Below are positions 17,708-28,540 of a DNA stretch of 64,000 nucleotides, in pieces (within the stretch, counting starts at the first letter, position 1; every line of letters begins with the position of its first letter). Where the stretch lies: assembly GCA_050951805.1 (NCBI GenBank), contig JBMNJT010000008.1, positions 224,001-288,000 on the forward strand. Direction: 5' to 3'. Source of the stretch: Bacillota bacterium (lineage in GTDB: Bacteria > Bacillota > DTU025). A model generated the notes under the pieces. That model made no database searches. It saw nothing but the letters and a program-made list of their open reading frames with translations, and was not told where the DNA came from. The translations under genes and the position numbers were made by a program.

Positions 17708-18313
17708 ATGGAAAACCTCGAAAGACTGAAGGGCCGAATTCTGGATGAGGCACGCGAAAAAGCAGATAGGATTCTGGACGCCGCTGATGAAAGGTGCGCT
17801 GAGATTCAACGGGAAGCCGAAGCAAAATCGGATGAAATAAGGAAGCGTGCTGTCGAAAGAGCCCGCGCAAATGCGCGCGAGGAGGAGAGACGCGCCGAGA
17901 TCATGCGTTCTCTCGATGTGCGCAATGCTATGCTTCGTGCCAAAGGCGATGCCGTTGACAAGCTCATGGCGGAGATTCCTGCTACGATACGTGCGTTGCC
18001 GGATGAAGAGTATTTGGGGATCATGAAGAGGATGTTGATCAATGCGGCCCCGGCAGGCCAGGTAGAACTGGTTGTTGCGCTTCCTGACCGTGGGCGGATC
18101 GGCTCTGACTTCGTGAAAGAAGCAGCTTCCGAGTTGGTGGCGGCAGGAAAGCAGACCAAACTTAAACTTTCGACGGAAACAGCGGATCTCACAGGCGGGT
18201 TCATTCTTCGAGCATCCACCGTTGAGGTGGATTGTTCCTTAGATTCGTTGTTGGCGTCGTGCGAAGACGAGCTTGCGCCCCTTGTTGCAGAGGCTCTATT
18301 CGGGAGGTCGTAG
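17708..18313 (+). CDS. ntpE: V/A-type ATPase subunit E
   Basis: MENLERLKGRILDEA coiled coil; GGFIL...VDCSLDSL; operon position. Confidence 0.88.
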   Translation: MENLERLKGRILDEAREKADRILDAADERCAEIQREAEAKSDEIRKRAVERARANAREEERRAEIMRSLDVRNAMLRAKGDAVDKLMAEIPATIRALPDEEYLGIMKRMLINAAPAGQVELVVALPDRGRIGSDFVKEAASELVAAGKQTKLKLSTETADLTGGFILRASTVEVDCSLDSLLASCEDELAPLVAEALFGRS

Positions 18314-18315
18314 CT

Positions 18316-19422
18316 TTGGGTTTCGATGACAGGTTTGCATACGTATCGGGAAGGATCTGGGCTCTTGAGGACCGGATGGTGGACAGAGCCAAGTTCAACC
18401 GCCTGATAGACGCAGGCAGCCCTGAGGAGCTTGTTCGAATTCTCAGCGAAACTGAGTATGGACAGGGCCGTGAGATCGTTCCTGAACGTTATGAGGAGAT
18501 CATCGATGCGGAGCTTGTGCGCGTGCACCAGCTTATTGCCGAGCTTTCGCCTGATCCAGAGTTGACTGGGGTATTCAGAGCTAAACACGATTTTCACAAC
18601 ATGAAAGTCCATCTCAAGTCTCGGCTGGTCAAACGGGATTGGGACATGATCGTCCGGGAGGGGCTTGGGTTGTCGCAAGTCGGATGGATCGACCCTGATC
18701 GGCTCGGAGAATATGCTGATGCCATAATGCTCGAGTATTATCCTGTTGATGAGGAAGATGATCCGGGCGAGCGCGACGATTTCGTGGCTTTCGACGGGTC
18801 AGATGAGATCTTAGCGACGACGCCGCTTGAGGATGCGATAATTGATGCTGGCCACAAGGCGGTAGAAGCATACATGCGGCATGGCAGAGATCCTCAGTAC
18901 ATTGATTTCGTCATTGACCGCGCATCTTACGACTACTTCCACCATGTAGCAGTCTCTAGACGGGCTGTGCGCTTGGAGGAGATCGTGGCGACCATGGCGG
19001 ATCTCACTAACATTCAGATCTGTATGAGGCTGCGTGCCATAGGCAAGGACGCCTGTTTCGCCAGTGACGTTTTAGTCCCCCACGGGACCTTGGACGCCGG
19101 GGCGTTGCTCGGAGTATATGAAAAGCCTGATAGCGAGTTTGTGGCCTATTTCAGGGATACGCCCTATGCCCGGCTGGTCGAGGATGCCATGAACGCTTGG
19201 CTTGCCAATGGGTCTCTTGTCGCGCTGGAGAACCTGGCCGAAGGCTATCTTTTTAGGAAGATAGCGCCTGAGCGAGAAGCTGTAGTGGGTTACGAGACTG
19301 CCCTTGCCTACCTTGGCGCAAGAGAGCTCGAGGCTGATAAGCTGCGCCGGATTTTTGTTGGCAAGATGAACAAGATCCCGCCGAATGTGATCCGTGAGAG
19401 GCTGAGTGGTGCGTATGCATAA
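18316..19422 (+). CDS. ntpC: V/A-type ATPase subunit C (d)
   Basis: FAYVSGRIWALE, LSETEYG, HDFHNMKV, LRRIFVGKMN..P...IRERL; TTG start after GGGAGG. Confidence 0.85.
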   Translation: MGFDDRFAYVSGRIWALEDRMVDRAKFNRLIDAGSPEELVRILSETEYGQGREIVPERYEEIIDAELVRVHQLIAELSPDPELTGVFRAKHDFHNMKVHLKSRLVKRDWDMIVREGLGLSQVGWIDPDRLGEYADAIMLEYYPVDEEDDPGERDDFVAFDGSDEILATTPLEDAIIDAGHKAVEAYMRHGRDPQYIDFVIDRASYDYFHHVAVSRRAVRLEEIVATMADLTNIQICMRLRAIGKDACFASDVLVPHGTLDAGALLGVYEKPDSEFVAYFRDTPYARLVEDAMNAWLANGSLVALENLAEGYLFRKIAPEREAVVGYETALAYLGARELEADKLRRIFVGKMNKIPPNVIRERLSGAYA

Positions 19423-19744
19423 GATTGCGGTTATCGGGGACGAAGACTCCATCTTGGGCTTCAGGGCTCTTGGTGTATCGGTCTTCCCCGCGAAGAATGG
19501 CAAGGAAGCAGAGGAGGCGCTCCGCGCGGCGGCGCGCCGTGATTATGCTGTTATATATATTACTGAAACCCACGCGAGCGAGATCATCGACGTAATTACA
19601 GAGTACAGCCAGGCGCCGCTGCCTGTAGTGCTCACCATACCTGATACCCGAGGGGGACAGGGAGCGGCCATGGAAAAGATAAGACGGACGGTGGAGAAAG
19701 CGCTCGGCGCCGACATCTTGTTCGGGAGAGAGGGGAATGCCTGA
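19415..19744 (+). CDS. V/A-type ATPase subunit F (NtpG in Enterococcus nomenclature)
   Basis: [21 protein letters not shown] ... VEKALGADI. Confidence 0.92.
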   Translation: MHKIAVIGDEDSILGFRALGVSVFPAKNGKEAEEALRAAARRDYAVIYITETHASEIIDVITEYSQAPLPVVLTIPDTRGGQGAAMEKIRRTVEKALGADILFGREGNA

Positions 19745-21530
19745 TATGAACCGTGGAACGAGCGTAGGAACTATTGTAAAAGTATCGGGGCCTCTGGTTG
19801 TCGCTTCAGGGATGGCGGGGGCCAAGATGTACGATGTCGTGCGCGTCTCCGAGCAGCGACTGATAGGCGAGATCATTGAGATGAGAGGGGACCGCGCTTC
19901 GATACAGGTGTATGAAGAGACTGCTGGGCTTGGGCCCGGGGAACCAGTCTATACTACCGGAGAACCTCTCTCAGTGGAACTGGGCCCGGGACTGATAGGG
20001 TCCATATACGACGGCATTCAGAGACCGCTCGACCGTATCAGGGATATGGCGGGAGATCGCATATCCCGCGGACTGGAAGCTCCGGGACTCGATCGGGAGA
20101 GAAAATGGGACTTTGTTCCGAGAGCAGGCGTTGGCTCAAAGGTGGTTCCCGGGGACATTCTCGGCACAGTGCAGGAGACGCCTGTTGTGGAGCACAGGGT
20201 TATGGTTCCTCCCGGAATTTCGGGCAAGGTAATATGGATTCACAAGGGCGTTGCCAAAGTTACTGACGTAATCGCCAAGATCGAAACGTCCGATGGAGTT
20301 CGCGAGATCCAAATGATGCAGAGATGGCCTGTGAGACATGGCCGCCCGATCGCACACAAACTGACACCGAGCGAACCTCTTGTGAGTGGACAGAGGGTTC
20401 TTGACACCTTCTTCCCTGTCGCCAAGGGCGGCACGGCGTGTATTCCCGGGCCGTTCGGATCGGGGAAAACAGTTGTCCAGCACCAGCTCGCCAAGTGGGC
20501 TGATGCGGAGATAGTGGTTTATGTTGGGTGTGGTGAGCGCGGTAACGAGATGACAGACGTTTTGATGGAATTTCCGGAGCTGCTCGATCCACAGAGTGGC
20601 GAGCCCCTCATGAAGAGGACGGTCCTGATTGCAAATACGTCAGACATGCCGGTGGCTGCTCGCGAATCGTCAGTGTACACCGGGATAACTATTGCCGAGT
20701 ACTTCCGTGACATGGGGTACTCAGTCGCCCTAATGGCCGACTCTACATCAAGATGGGCTGAGGCGCTCCGCGAGATGTCTGGGCGTCTTGAAGAAATGCC
20801 AGGTGAAGAGGGATATCCGGCATACCTAGGCTCCAGGGTATCGGAGTTCTACGAAAGAGCGGGCAGAACAACGTGCCTTGGCTCAGATGGTAGAGAGGGT
20901 GCCCTCACAGTGGTTGGCGCAGTATCACCTCCAGGAGGAGACCTGTCGGAACCGGTAACCCAGACGACTTTGAGGGTTGTGAAGGTTTTCTGGGCCCTCG
21001 ATGCGAACCTGGCCTATAGCCGCCACTTTCCGGCGATCAACTGGCTCACAAGCTACTCGCTCTATCTGGACAGGATTGACGAGAGCCTTAGGAAGATGGT
21101 GGGCAGCGAGTTTGTCGAGATGCGCCAGGAGGCCATGAAGATACTTCAGGAAGAGGCGAGTCTTTCGGAGATCGTGAGGCTGGTGGGCATGGACGCGTTG
21201 TCGCCCGGAGAACGCATAACCATGGAGACCGCGCGAAGCATCCGCGAGGACTTCCTGCACCAGAACGCTTTCCACGATGTGGACACCTACACGTCCCTGA
21301 AGAAACAGGCGGCGATGCTAAGGGTGATACTGGAGATGGATCACGCGTGCCGTGATGCGGTCGAAAAGGGCGCTTCGTTTGGCCAATTGGCGGAGCTGGC
21401 AGTGCATGGAAAGATCGCGAGAATGAAGTACATTGGGGAAGCTAAGATCTCGGAAATTGACGAGTTGGCTCTCGAAGTCAGACGAGACGTAGCTGCTTTG
21501 ACCGCCGGCGGAGGTGAGGACGTTGCTTAA
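19737..21530 (+). CDS. ntpA: V/A-type ATPase catalytic subunit A
   Basis: Walker [43 protein letters not shown]. Confidence 0.97.
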   Translation: MPDMNRGTSVGTIVKVSGPLVVASGMAGAKMYDVVRVSEQRLIGEIIEMRGDRASIQVYEETAGLGPGEPVYTTGEPLSVELGPGLIGSIYDGIQRPLDRIRDMAGDRISRGLEAPGLDRERKWDFVPRAGVGSKVVPGDILGTVQETPVVEHRVMVPPGISGKVIWIHKGVAKVTDVIAKIETSDGVREIQMMQRWPVRHGRPIAHKLTPSEPLVSGQRVLDTFFPVAKGGTACIPGPFGSGKTVVQHQLAKWADAEIVVYVGCGERGNEMTDVLMEFPELLDPQSGEPLMKRTVLIANTSDMPVAARESSVYTGITIAEYFRDMGYSVALMADSTSRWAEALREMSGRLEEMPGEEGYPAYLGSRVSEFYERAGRTTCLGSDGREGALTVVGAVSPPGGDLSEPVTQTTLRVVKVFWALDANLAYSRHFPAINWLTSYSLYLDRIDESLRKMVGSEFVEMRQEAMKILQEEASLSEIVRLVGMDALSPGERITMETARSIREDFLHQNAFHDVDTYTSLKKQAAMLRVILEMDHACRDAVEKGASFGQLAELAVHGKIARMKYIGEAKISEIDELALEVRRDVAALTAGGGEDVA

Positions 21531-22926
21531 GGAATACCTTACTGTCAGAGAAGTCGCCGGGCCTCTCATGCTCGTTGAAAAGGTTGATGAAGCTAAATAC
21601 GGCGAGCTGGTTGAGATAGTAGTTGGGGGCGGCGAGATCAGGCGCGGACGTGTGCTCGAGGTTGAAGGAACCAACGCTCTTGTGCAGCTTTTTGAGGGTT
21701 CAGCCGGTCTGGAGCTTACGTCGGCCCGGGTCCGATTTCTGGGGCGAGGTCTCGAACTAGGCGTGTCCCCTGAGATGCTGGGACGCGTCTTCGATGGATT
21801 GGGACGGCCAATGGATGATGGGCCCAAGATCATACCAGAGGCCAGGCTCGACACGAACGGCAGCCCTATAAACCCCTATGCCAGGGATTATCCATCTGAG
21901 TTCATCCAGACAGGAATATCTGCCATCGACGGCTTGAACACGCTCGTGCGCGGGCAGAAGCTGCCCATATTCTCCGGCGCGGGCTTGCCCCACTCGCAGT
22001 TGGCTGCACAGATTGCAAGGCAAGCTAGAGTGTTAGGGACAGGGGAACAGTTTGCCGTCGTTTTCGGGGCCATGGGCATCACCTTTGAAGAGGCCGATTT
22101 CTTCATCTCTGACTTCAGGCGTACGGGTGCCATTGAGCGTGCCGTTCTTTTCATAAACCTAGCAGACGATCCTGCAATTGAACGGATTTCGACGCCCAAG
22201 ATGGCGCTGACAGCTGCTGAATATCTCGCGTACGAGCTTGACATGCACGTGTTGGTCATCCTGACTGACATGACCAACTACTGTGAGGCATTGCGGGAAG
22301 TGTCGGCAGCCCGCAAGGAGGTCCCCGGGAGGCGTGGGTATCCTGGGTATCTTTACACAGACCTAGCCACCCTTTATGAGCGTGCAGGCAGGATAAAAGG
22401 GAAGAAGGGATCGATTACGCAGATCCCGATTTTAACCATGCCTGAAGATGACAAGACTCACCCCATTCCGGACCTGACAGGCTACATCACCGAAGGTCAG
22501 ATAATAGTCAGCAGGGAGCTCCATAGGAAGGGGATCTATCCGCCGATTGACGTATTGCCTTCACTATCGAGGTTGAAGGACAAAGGAATCGGAGAGGGCA
22601 AGACAAGAGAGGATCACGCCGACACCATGAACCAGCTTTATGCGGCGTATGCCAGGGGCAAGGAGGCCAAGGAGCTAGCAGTCATCCTGGGCGAAGCAGC
22701 TTTGTCTCCCTCTGACAAGATTTTCTCGAAGTTTGCTGATCGCTTCGAGCAGGAGTATGTGAGGCAGGGTGTCGATGAAAACCGGAGCATTGAGGAGACG
22801 CTCGATATAGGCTGGGATCTGCTGGCGATGTTGCCAGTGGATGAGCTGAGCCGCATCAGGATGGAGTTCATCGAGAAGTACCTGCCGAAAGAAGCCGAAA
22901 AAGACGCAGAGCCCGCGAGGGAGTGA
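21523..22926 (+). CDS. ntpB: V/A-type ATPase subunit B
   Basis: [44 protein letters not shown]. Confidence 0.97.
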   Translation: MLKEYLTVREVAGPLMLVEKVDEAKYGELVEIVVGGGEIRRGRVLEVEGTNALVQLFEGSAGLELTSARVRFLGRGLELGVSPEMLGRVFDGLGRPMDDGPKIIPEARLDTNGSPINPYARDYPSEFIQTGISAIDGLNTLVRGQKLPIFSGAGLPHSQLAAQIARQARVLGTGEQFAVVFGAMGITFEEADFFISDFRRTGAIERAVLFINLADDPAIERISTPKMALTAAEYLAYELDMHVLVILTDMTNYCEALREVSAARKEVPGRRGYPGYLYTDLATLYERAGRIKGKKGSITQIPILTMPEDDKTHPIPDLTGYITEGQIIVSRELHRKGIYPPIDVLPSLSRLKDKGIGEGKTREDHADTMNQLYAAYARGKEAKELAVILGEAALSPSDKIFSKFADRFEQEYVRQGVDENRSIEETLDIGWDLLAMLPVDELSRIRMEFIEKYLPKEAEKDAEPARE

Positions 22927-22934
22927 TCGGGGCT

Positions 22935-23576
22935 ATGGAGATCAGAGTCAGCCCAACAAGGATGCAGCTGCTCCAGCTCAAAAAGAGCCATGCCATGGCT
23001 GTTCGCGGGCACAAATTGCTCAAGGATAAGCTGGATGAGCTGATGAAGCAATTCCTCGAACTGGTCAAGCGGGACAGGGAACTGAGAGAGGAAGTAGATG
23101 AGAAGCTTAGCGAGGCTTTCAGGGGCTTTCTTATAGCGCGGGGCGCGATGTCATCCAGCGCAGTGGATGCGGCCTTGATGTATCCAAAGGAGCAGATATC
23201 TCTGAAGGCTTCTCGGAGGCATATCATGAATATCGAGGTTCCCGAGTTCGAGTGGAGTTTCGAGGGACAAGAGGACAGGACGAACATCTATCCCTATGGG
23301 TTCGCCTACACCTCTCCAGAGCTCGATACGGCTATTAGGCTTCTTTCCGAGGCCATGCCGAGCCTGGTGGAGTTGGCTGAAGTGGAGAAGTCAGTAGAGC
23401 TCCTGGCGGGGGAGATTGAGAAGACCCGGAGAAGAGTTAACGCTCTTGAACACGTTGTCATCCCGCAGCAGGAGGCTTCGATCAAATATATAACAATGAA
23501 GCTCGACGAGGCGGAACGGGCCAACATTACCAGGCTGATGAAGGTTAAGGAGATAGTAGGCGAGCGGAGTGTTTGA
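22935..23576 (+). CDS. ntpD: V/A-type ATPase subunit D
   Basis: SPTRMQL, RGHKLLKDKLDEL, EIEKTRRRVNALE. Confidence 0.95.
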   Translation: MEIRVSPTRMQLLQLKKSHAMAVRGHKLLKDKLDELMKQFLELVKRDRELREEVDEKLSEAFRGFLIARGAMSSSAVDAALMYPKEQISLKASRRHIMNIEVPEFEWSFEGQEDRTNIYPYGFAYTSPELDTAIRLLSEAMPSLVELAEVEKSVELLAGEIEKTRRRVNALEHVVIPQQEASIKYITMKLDEAERANITRLMKVKEIVGERSV

Positions 23577-23911
23577 TCGACTGCTCGCTGGTTAGCCTTG
23601 CCCTGCAAGCGACCGACAAAAAGTATCTCAGCCTGACTGAGCAGCTAAACGTTTAAACCACAGGCAATGCAAACTCGGGAATCGTTCAGAGACGTAATTG
23701 GTGCTCTGGTAGAGGTTAGCCAATGACGGTATGTAGACGCCGGGGCGCATGTGCGTTCTGGCGTTTTCGTTTTGTTGGTGAGTTGTGGCATGAGGGGCAG
23801 ATATCGGCTAGCCGCAGAGGTTGCCTTCCTGAAGGACCTTAGCTCCATGTGGAGGGAGGCCATGGGTTGAGCGCACCTACTTTGCCTGTTCTCGGCGTAA
23901 TAGAAATACAG

Positions 23912-24085
23912 AGAACGACGGCAAAACATGCTTACAACGAGGACGGGAATGAACCAGCGCCCAGGTTTGGAAAGCCTGTAACCGATCACGTAGCAGACAT
24001 TGTAGATATCTGGCTCCTTGAGGATGAGTTGCTGTCGAGAAAGGAACGGCGAAATACTAGATGACGATTGTTCTTGCATCTCGAG
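23912..24085 (+). pseudogene. IS21-family IstA transposase fragment
   Basis: RTTAKHAYNEDGNEP...KPVTDHVADIVDIWLLEDELLSRKERRNTR* resembles the IstA N-terminal pattern (RTAKKY..ED.N...PV.....IID.WL.ED...PRKQRHTA); stop follows. Confidence 0.5.
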
Positions 24086-24313
24086 TTTGACGTCGCGCGA
24101 AACGTAAGTACCCTCTTATCAGGGGGCTTGACTGTCAATACGGCGAGACCTTTGGACTACACGCTTGAGTTGGCGCTTGTTGCCGGAGGATCTGAGTCGA
24201 TGTAGTTCTGGCTCTGCAGTATCGGGTTGATCTGGGCTGGGCTAACAACGCCAAGACATTGAGAATAGCCATCTGTTTCTTCGTTGGCTTGGTCAGAGTC
24301 CTCACAGGCTGTG

Positions 24314-25060
24314 CTAGTTCGATTCATCCATGGTGGATTTCGCCAGCTTCTTCACCTCCGACTTGATGGCTCTGAAGGCTTCCTCCAGCATGTTTTTCTT
24401 CCGCTACGCTTTTATGGCCTGTTCCGCCGAAAGCTTCGATTCCGGCACATTTGTGCACAAACATAGAGCCCATGACAAGCTTTTAGGGCGTGGAACCAGT
24501 CGTACCCTAAAGGCTTTTATCTGCGAGGGCTTGTCGCCCTCTGCTATATTGCTTGTAATGAGCATCTCATCAAAGGCAGGGTCGAATATCTGCGCGAGCT
24601 TGAGGCGGGAAAGCGTTTCTATTACCTTTGTCCTGCTTCTGCGTCACACAGAGCTCAGGGTTGAACACGTCGCTCGCGCTCAGCGGCTATGGTATTGTAG
24701 AACGATCTGCATTGAGCATGCAGGGCATATCCGTGGTGCAGGCCCATTCAAACAGTCCTGCTTTCCTTTTCGGATCAACCGCTCGAGTGAAAACGAGAAG
24801 CTCTGCATATCGGATTCTGCCTGCAACTGGTGGAGAGCAACGGAGAGTGCAGCACCATGAGGTGCGGGAATTCATAGCCGTTTTTAGCGGAGATCGTGGA
24901 GGGGTCAACCAAAATGTAGCTGGGATTTTTCGTGCTTTGAAGGGAATTTCGAATATCTTGGGTCTTCTCATCGGTCACCGTGCCTAGGTAGTGCACCGGC
25001 TTGTGAGCACGCTTCTCGTTTCGGCTACAGGAGAACCGTATGCCGGGGTTATAGTAGGCA
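24314..25060 (-). pseudogene. Degenerate IS1634-like (DDE) transposase remnant
   Basis: Minus-strand pieces: N-terminal YYNPGIRFSCSRNEKRAHKPVHYLGTVTDEKTQDIRN and C-terminal CTNVPESKLSAEQAIKA*RKKNMLEEAFRAIKS (YREK-type motif with Tyr replaced by TAG at 24404-24406). Far shorter than an intact transposase. Confidence 0.6.
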
Positions 25061-25395
25061 CGCGCTGACCGATATGGCAGCTATCAGGTGAGCTAATCTC
25101 CTGTAAATCGGGTTTTTGAGAGATCTCAGCTCCAAACGTACATACTTTGTGAGGCTTCCTCGTGCGCTTCCTAGCTCGCATTAATGAACGTTCAATTCTT
25201 CTGGTCTGCAAACCATGTTTGAATGGGCGCAAATATAGTCTACAATATAGTTTGGTGTCTATTCAGGAGCAGCCTGAAACTTGAGCTCGTTGAAATTTGG
25301 GGCAGAGCCGCGTCAGATGGCCAGCATGAGCTAGGAAGGATTCTGGCGGCGCTTCGAGGAATACTGGTCGGAGAAGGCAGGGAGAGGACGTACAA

Positions 25396-27096
25396 ATGGA
25401 CAACATAATGGAACACATACGAGGAAGCATCATGCGATCTCTTGAAGGGGCCATCCGTAAACTGGTCGATTCCAATCGCCTTTGCGCGGATGTACTGGAC
25501 CACCTGTCCAGCATTGCGCTGGAGGTTCCCAAAGATGCCAGACACGGGGAGTTCGCTACTCCGATGGCTCTGTCCCTTGCGGGCGTTGCCAGGAAAGCGC
25601 CACGGGAAATTGCATCGCTGATCGTAGAAGAGATGGAGCAAGAAGGGTTCAGCTCATATGTTGAGAGGGCGGAGATTGCGGGGCCGGGCTTTATCAATTT
25701 CCACCTTTCATCCAAGTGGCTTGTGGATACAATCGGCCTGGTGAGGTCGAGGGATGAGAAGTATGGTTGCAGCGACTATGGACGAGGCGAACGCATTTTG
25801 GTGGAATTTGTAAGCGCAAACCCGGTGGGGCCGCTTAACATCGTCAACGCGAGGGCTGCCGCGGTAGGTGATACCCTGGTCAGGCTCCTTAACGCAAGTG
25901 GTTACAGCGCGGCAAGCGAGTTCTATGTGAATGACGCGGGCCGTCAGGTGTCGGTGCTTGGGGAGTCGGTATATGCGCGTTACATGGAGCTTAAGGGAGT
26001 GGATTATCCCTTCCCGGAGGATGGGTATCGCGGGGAGTACGTCAAGGATGTTGCTAGGAAGGCTATGGAGGAACATGGTGATCGAATCTCCGCGATGGAT
26101 TCGGATGACGCTCGCCATTTTCTACAAGAGTTCGCGCTCAACTACATCCTGGATTGGCAGAGGAGGTCGCTCGAGGCCTACGAGGTCCGTTTCGACAGAT
26201 GGTTTTCGGAGCGCAAGCTAAGGCAGACTGGCGCTGTTGAGGATATGGTTCGCGAGATGGCGGAAGCGGGATACACCTATGAGAAAGATGGCGCAGTCTG
26301 GTTCAGATCATCTGATTATGGCGACGACAAGGATCGGGTACTGGTCAAAAGCGACGGCCTATATACCTATGTCGCGCCGGATCTCGCATATCACAGAGAC
26401 AAGCTGGCGCGGGGCTTTACGAAGCTCATAGACATACTCGGTCCTGACCACCACGGGTACGAAGGTAGAATGCAGGCGGGGTTGAAGGCCTTTGGATATC
26501 CAGATGGCACCTTGGAAGTACTCATTCTTCAACTAGTTACGTTAATGCGAGATGGGCAACCTGTAAAGATGTCCAAGCGCGCGGGCGAGTTTATCACCAT
26601 GGATGACCTGCTGGAAGAGGTGCCGAAGGACGCCGCCCGTTATTTCTTCATAATGAGAAACACCTCTTCGCATCTCGATTTCGACCTCGACCTTGCGAAG
26701 GCCCAAACTACGGACAATCCGGTGTGGTACATTCAGTACGCTCATGCGCGCTGCTGCAGCATCTTCAGACAGGCAGAGGCCGAGGGAATCCAGCCTACGG
26801 AGTGGGAGCAGGCAGATGTGTCGTGTCTTGTTCACCCAAGCGAGATCGACCTCGTCCGCAAGATGGCGAGCTTTCCAGATGAAGTACTCACTGCCGCGCT
26901 TGAACGGGCGCCCAGCCGGATTGCAAAGTACGCCTTGGAGCTGGCAGGATTGTTCCACAGCTTCTACACTGACTGCAGAGTGATCAGTGATGATGAAGCC
27001 CAGACCCGGGCAAGGCTTGCGCTGGTTGATGCTGCAAGAATCGTGCTCCGAAACGTGCTGGGGATCATGGGAGTATCTGCTCCGGAGAGGATGTAG
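25396..27096 (+). CDS. argS: Arginine--tRNA ligase
   Basis: EIAGPGFINF, VEFVSANPVGPL, GPDHHGY, KMSKRAG, YIQYAHAR, terminal APERM. Confidence 0.97.
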   Translation: MDNIMEHIRGSIMRSLEGAIRKLVDSNRLCADVLDHLSSIALEVPKDARHGEFATPMALSLAGVARKAPREIASLIVEEMEQEGFSSYVERAEIAGPGFINFHLSSKWLVDTIGLVRSRDEKYGCSDYGRGERILVEFVSANPVGPLNIVNARAAAVGDTLVRLLNASGYSAASEFYVNDAGRQVSVLGESVYARYMELKGVDYPFPEDGYRGEYVKDVARKAMEEHGDRISAMDSDDARHFLQEFALNYILDWQRRSLEAYEVRFDRWFSERKLRQTGAVEDMVREMAEAGYTYEKDGAVWFRSSDYGDDKDRVLVKSDGLYTYVAPDLAYHRDKLARGFTKLIDILGPDHHGYEGRMQAGLKAFGYPDGTLEVLILQLVTLMRDGQPVKMSKRAGEFITMDDLLEEVPKDAARYFFIMRNTSSHLDFDLDLAKAQTTDNPVWYIQYAHARCCSIFRQAEAEGIQPTEWEQADVSCLVHPSEIDLVRKMASFPDEVLTAALERAPSRIAKYALELAGLFHSFYTDCRVISDDEAQTRARLALVDAARIVLRNVLGIMGVSAPERM

Positions 27097-27100
27097 CGTG

Positions 27101-28540
27101 ATGGAGAGATACTCGCCTGTAGAAGCCTGGAACGTGCTGAAAAAGAGTTTTCGTCTTGCCTACGAGCGCCTCGGCATGGTAGTGCTCATGAGCGTGATAT
27201 GGTACTTTGCCACATTTACCACTGTTTTTATTTCTGGCCCCACAGTATGGGCGATTCCAATCTTTGCTGTCGTTGCTGCTCCACTTCACATGGCGATAAT
27301 GTACTGTGGAAACCTGGCGGCGCATCGCGAAGACGCAGGATTGAAAGAACTGTGGCAGGGTTACAAGAAGTTTTGGACAAGGGCGGCTTTGCTTGGAGCG
27401 ATACACTCGGCTGTCATTCTGATTCTATGGATAGACATACAGGTGCTTCTTGGGACGGACAGTTCTTTGATGAGATTCTTGTCGGGGGTCTGGGTATATC
27501 TCAGCATCTTTGTTGGACTTCTGTTCATGTACGCCTACCCCATAATAGTGGAACAGGACACGACTGTTTGGAAATCGATACGTAGGGCAGTGATACTGAT
27601 ACTTGATAACCCAGCGTACACGTTCGCTGTGGGACTGTTGGCGGCCGTTTTCTTCGCTGCGGGTGTCTTGCCGACCATAGGGATCCTGGCCGGCAACAAG
27701 ACTGCAGGCTATTTCATGATAATTGGCTTATCCCTTTATGCTGGATTTGCTTCGATTTACCGAAACCTTGCTACAGTAAGAGCGCTCCAGAGATACGATG
27801 CGGCAAGGATGAGTGGACGAGAAAAACTTGCAAGAGAATTGGAGGTGGAGAAAATGGCCCAACTGGCTAATGTGAACGGGCATTCGTCTTCAGATGGTCA
27901 GGTGGCCATTACATGGTTTGGACATGCCTGCTTCATGATCCAGACCGGCGCTGGGCTGAGGATACTGACTGATCCTTTCGATGAAAGGGTGGGCTACGAG
28001 CTTCCCGCAGTTGAAGCCGACGTGGTTACAGTGAGCCATGATCATTTCGACCATAACTGCGTAAAGGTTGTGAAGGGACTTCCCAAGGTTCTCACCGGCG
28101 AAGTCGACGAGACCATCGGGACTGCGCGGATTAGGGGGATAAAGACGTTCCACGATACGAAGTCTGGGGCGTTGCGCGGCCTCAACACGGTCTTTGTTAT
28201 AGAGACGGATGGGATCTCCATTTGCCATGCAGGCGATCTGGGGCACATACCTTCCGCCGATACGATGGACAAGATAGGCGATGTTGATGTGTTGCTCGTG
28301 CCTGTAGGCGGGACATACACTCTGGATGGCGATGGAGCTCTTGAGTTCGTGAGAAAGCTTTCTCCCAAGATCGTAGTGCCCATGCACTATCAGACGCCTG
28401 CGCTCAAGATGGAACTGGACGGGCCCGAATTCTTCCTGTCGCAGATTTCCCACGTTGAGCAAGCCCCTGGCCGGACTTACGTGATAAGCGCGTCAGAACT
28501 CCCGCGAGAACTGACTGCGGTGTTGGTCAATTACGAGTAG
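27101..28540 (+). CDS. Fusion of a DUF624/YesL-like membrane domain and an MBL-fold metallo-hydrolase
   Basis: N-half multi-TM (LWQGYKKFWTRA, MYAYPIIVEQD...WKSIRRA). C-half ITWFGHACF, LTDPF, SHDHFDHN, HAGDLG, VPMHY. No stop between the halves. Confidence 0.75.
   Translation: MERYSPVEAWNVLKKSFRLAYERLGMVVLMSVIWYFATFTTVFISGPTVWAIPIFAVVAAPLHMAIMYCGNLAAHREDAGLKELWQGYKKFWTRAALLGAIHSAVILILWIDIQVLLGTDSSLMRFLSGVWVYLSIFVGLLFMYAYPIIVEQDTTVWKSIRRAVILILDNPAYTFAVGLLAAVFFAAGVLPTIGILAGNKTAGYFMIIGLSLYAGFASIYRNLATVRALQRYDAARMSGREKLARELEVEKMAQLANVNGHSSSDGQVAITWFGHACFMIQTGAGLRILTDPFDERVGYELPAVEADVVTVSHDHFDHNCVKVVKGLPKVLTGEVDETIGTARIRGIKTFHDTKSGALRGLNTVFVIETDGISICHAGDLGHIPSADTMDKIGDVDVLLVPVGGTYTLDGDGALEFVRKLSPKIVVPMHYQTPALKMELDGPEFFLSQISHVEQAPGRTYVISASELPRELTAVLVNYE

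Noticed and set aside
24330-24860. 176-aa plus-strand ORF
   Set aside because: It is the antisense shadow of the IS1634-like remnant.
25293-25313. T-box-like AAATTTGGGGCAGAGCCGCG upstream of argS
   Set aside because: Lacks the essential UGGN antiterminator bulge, and no stem I or terminator is visible.
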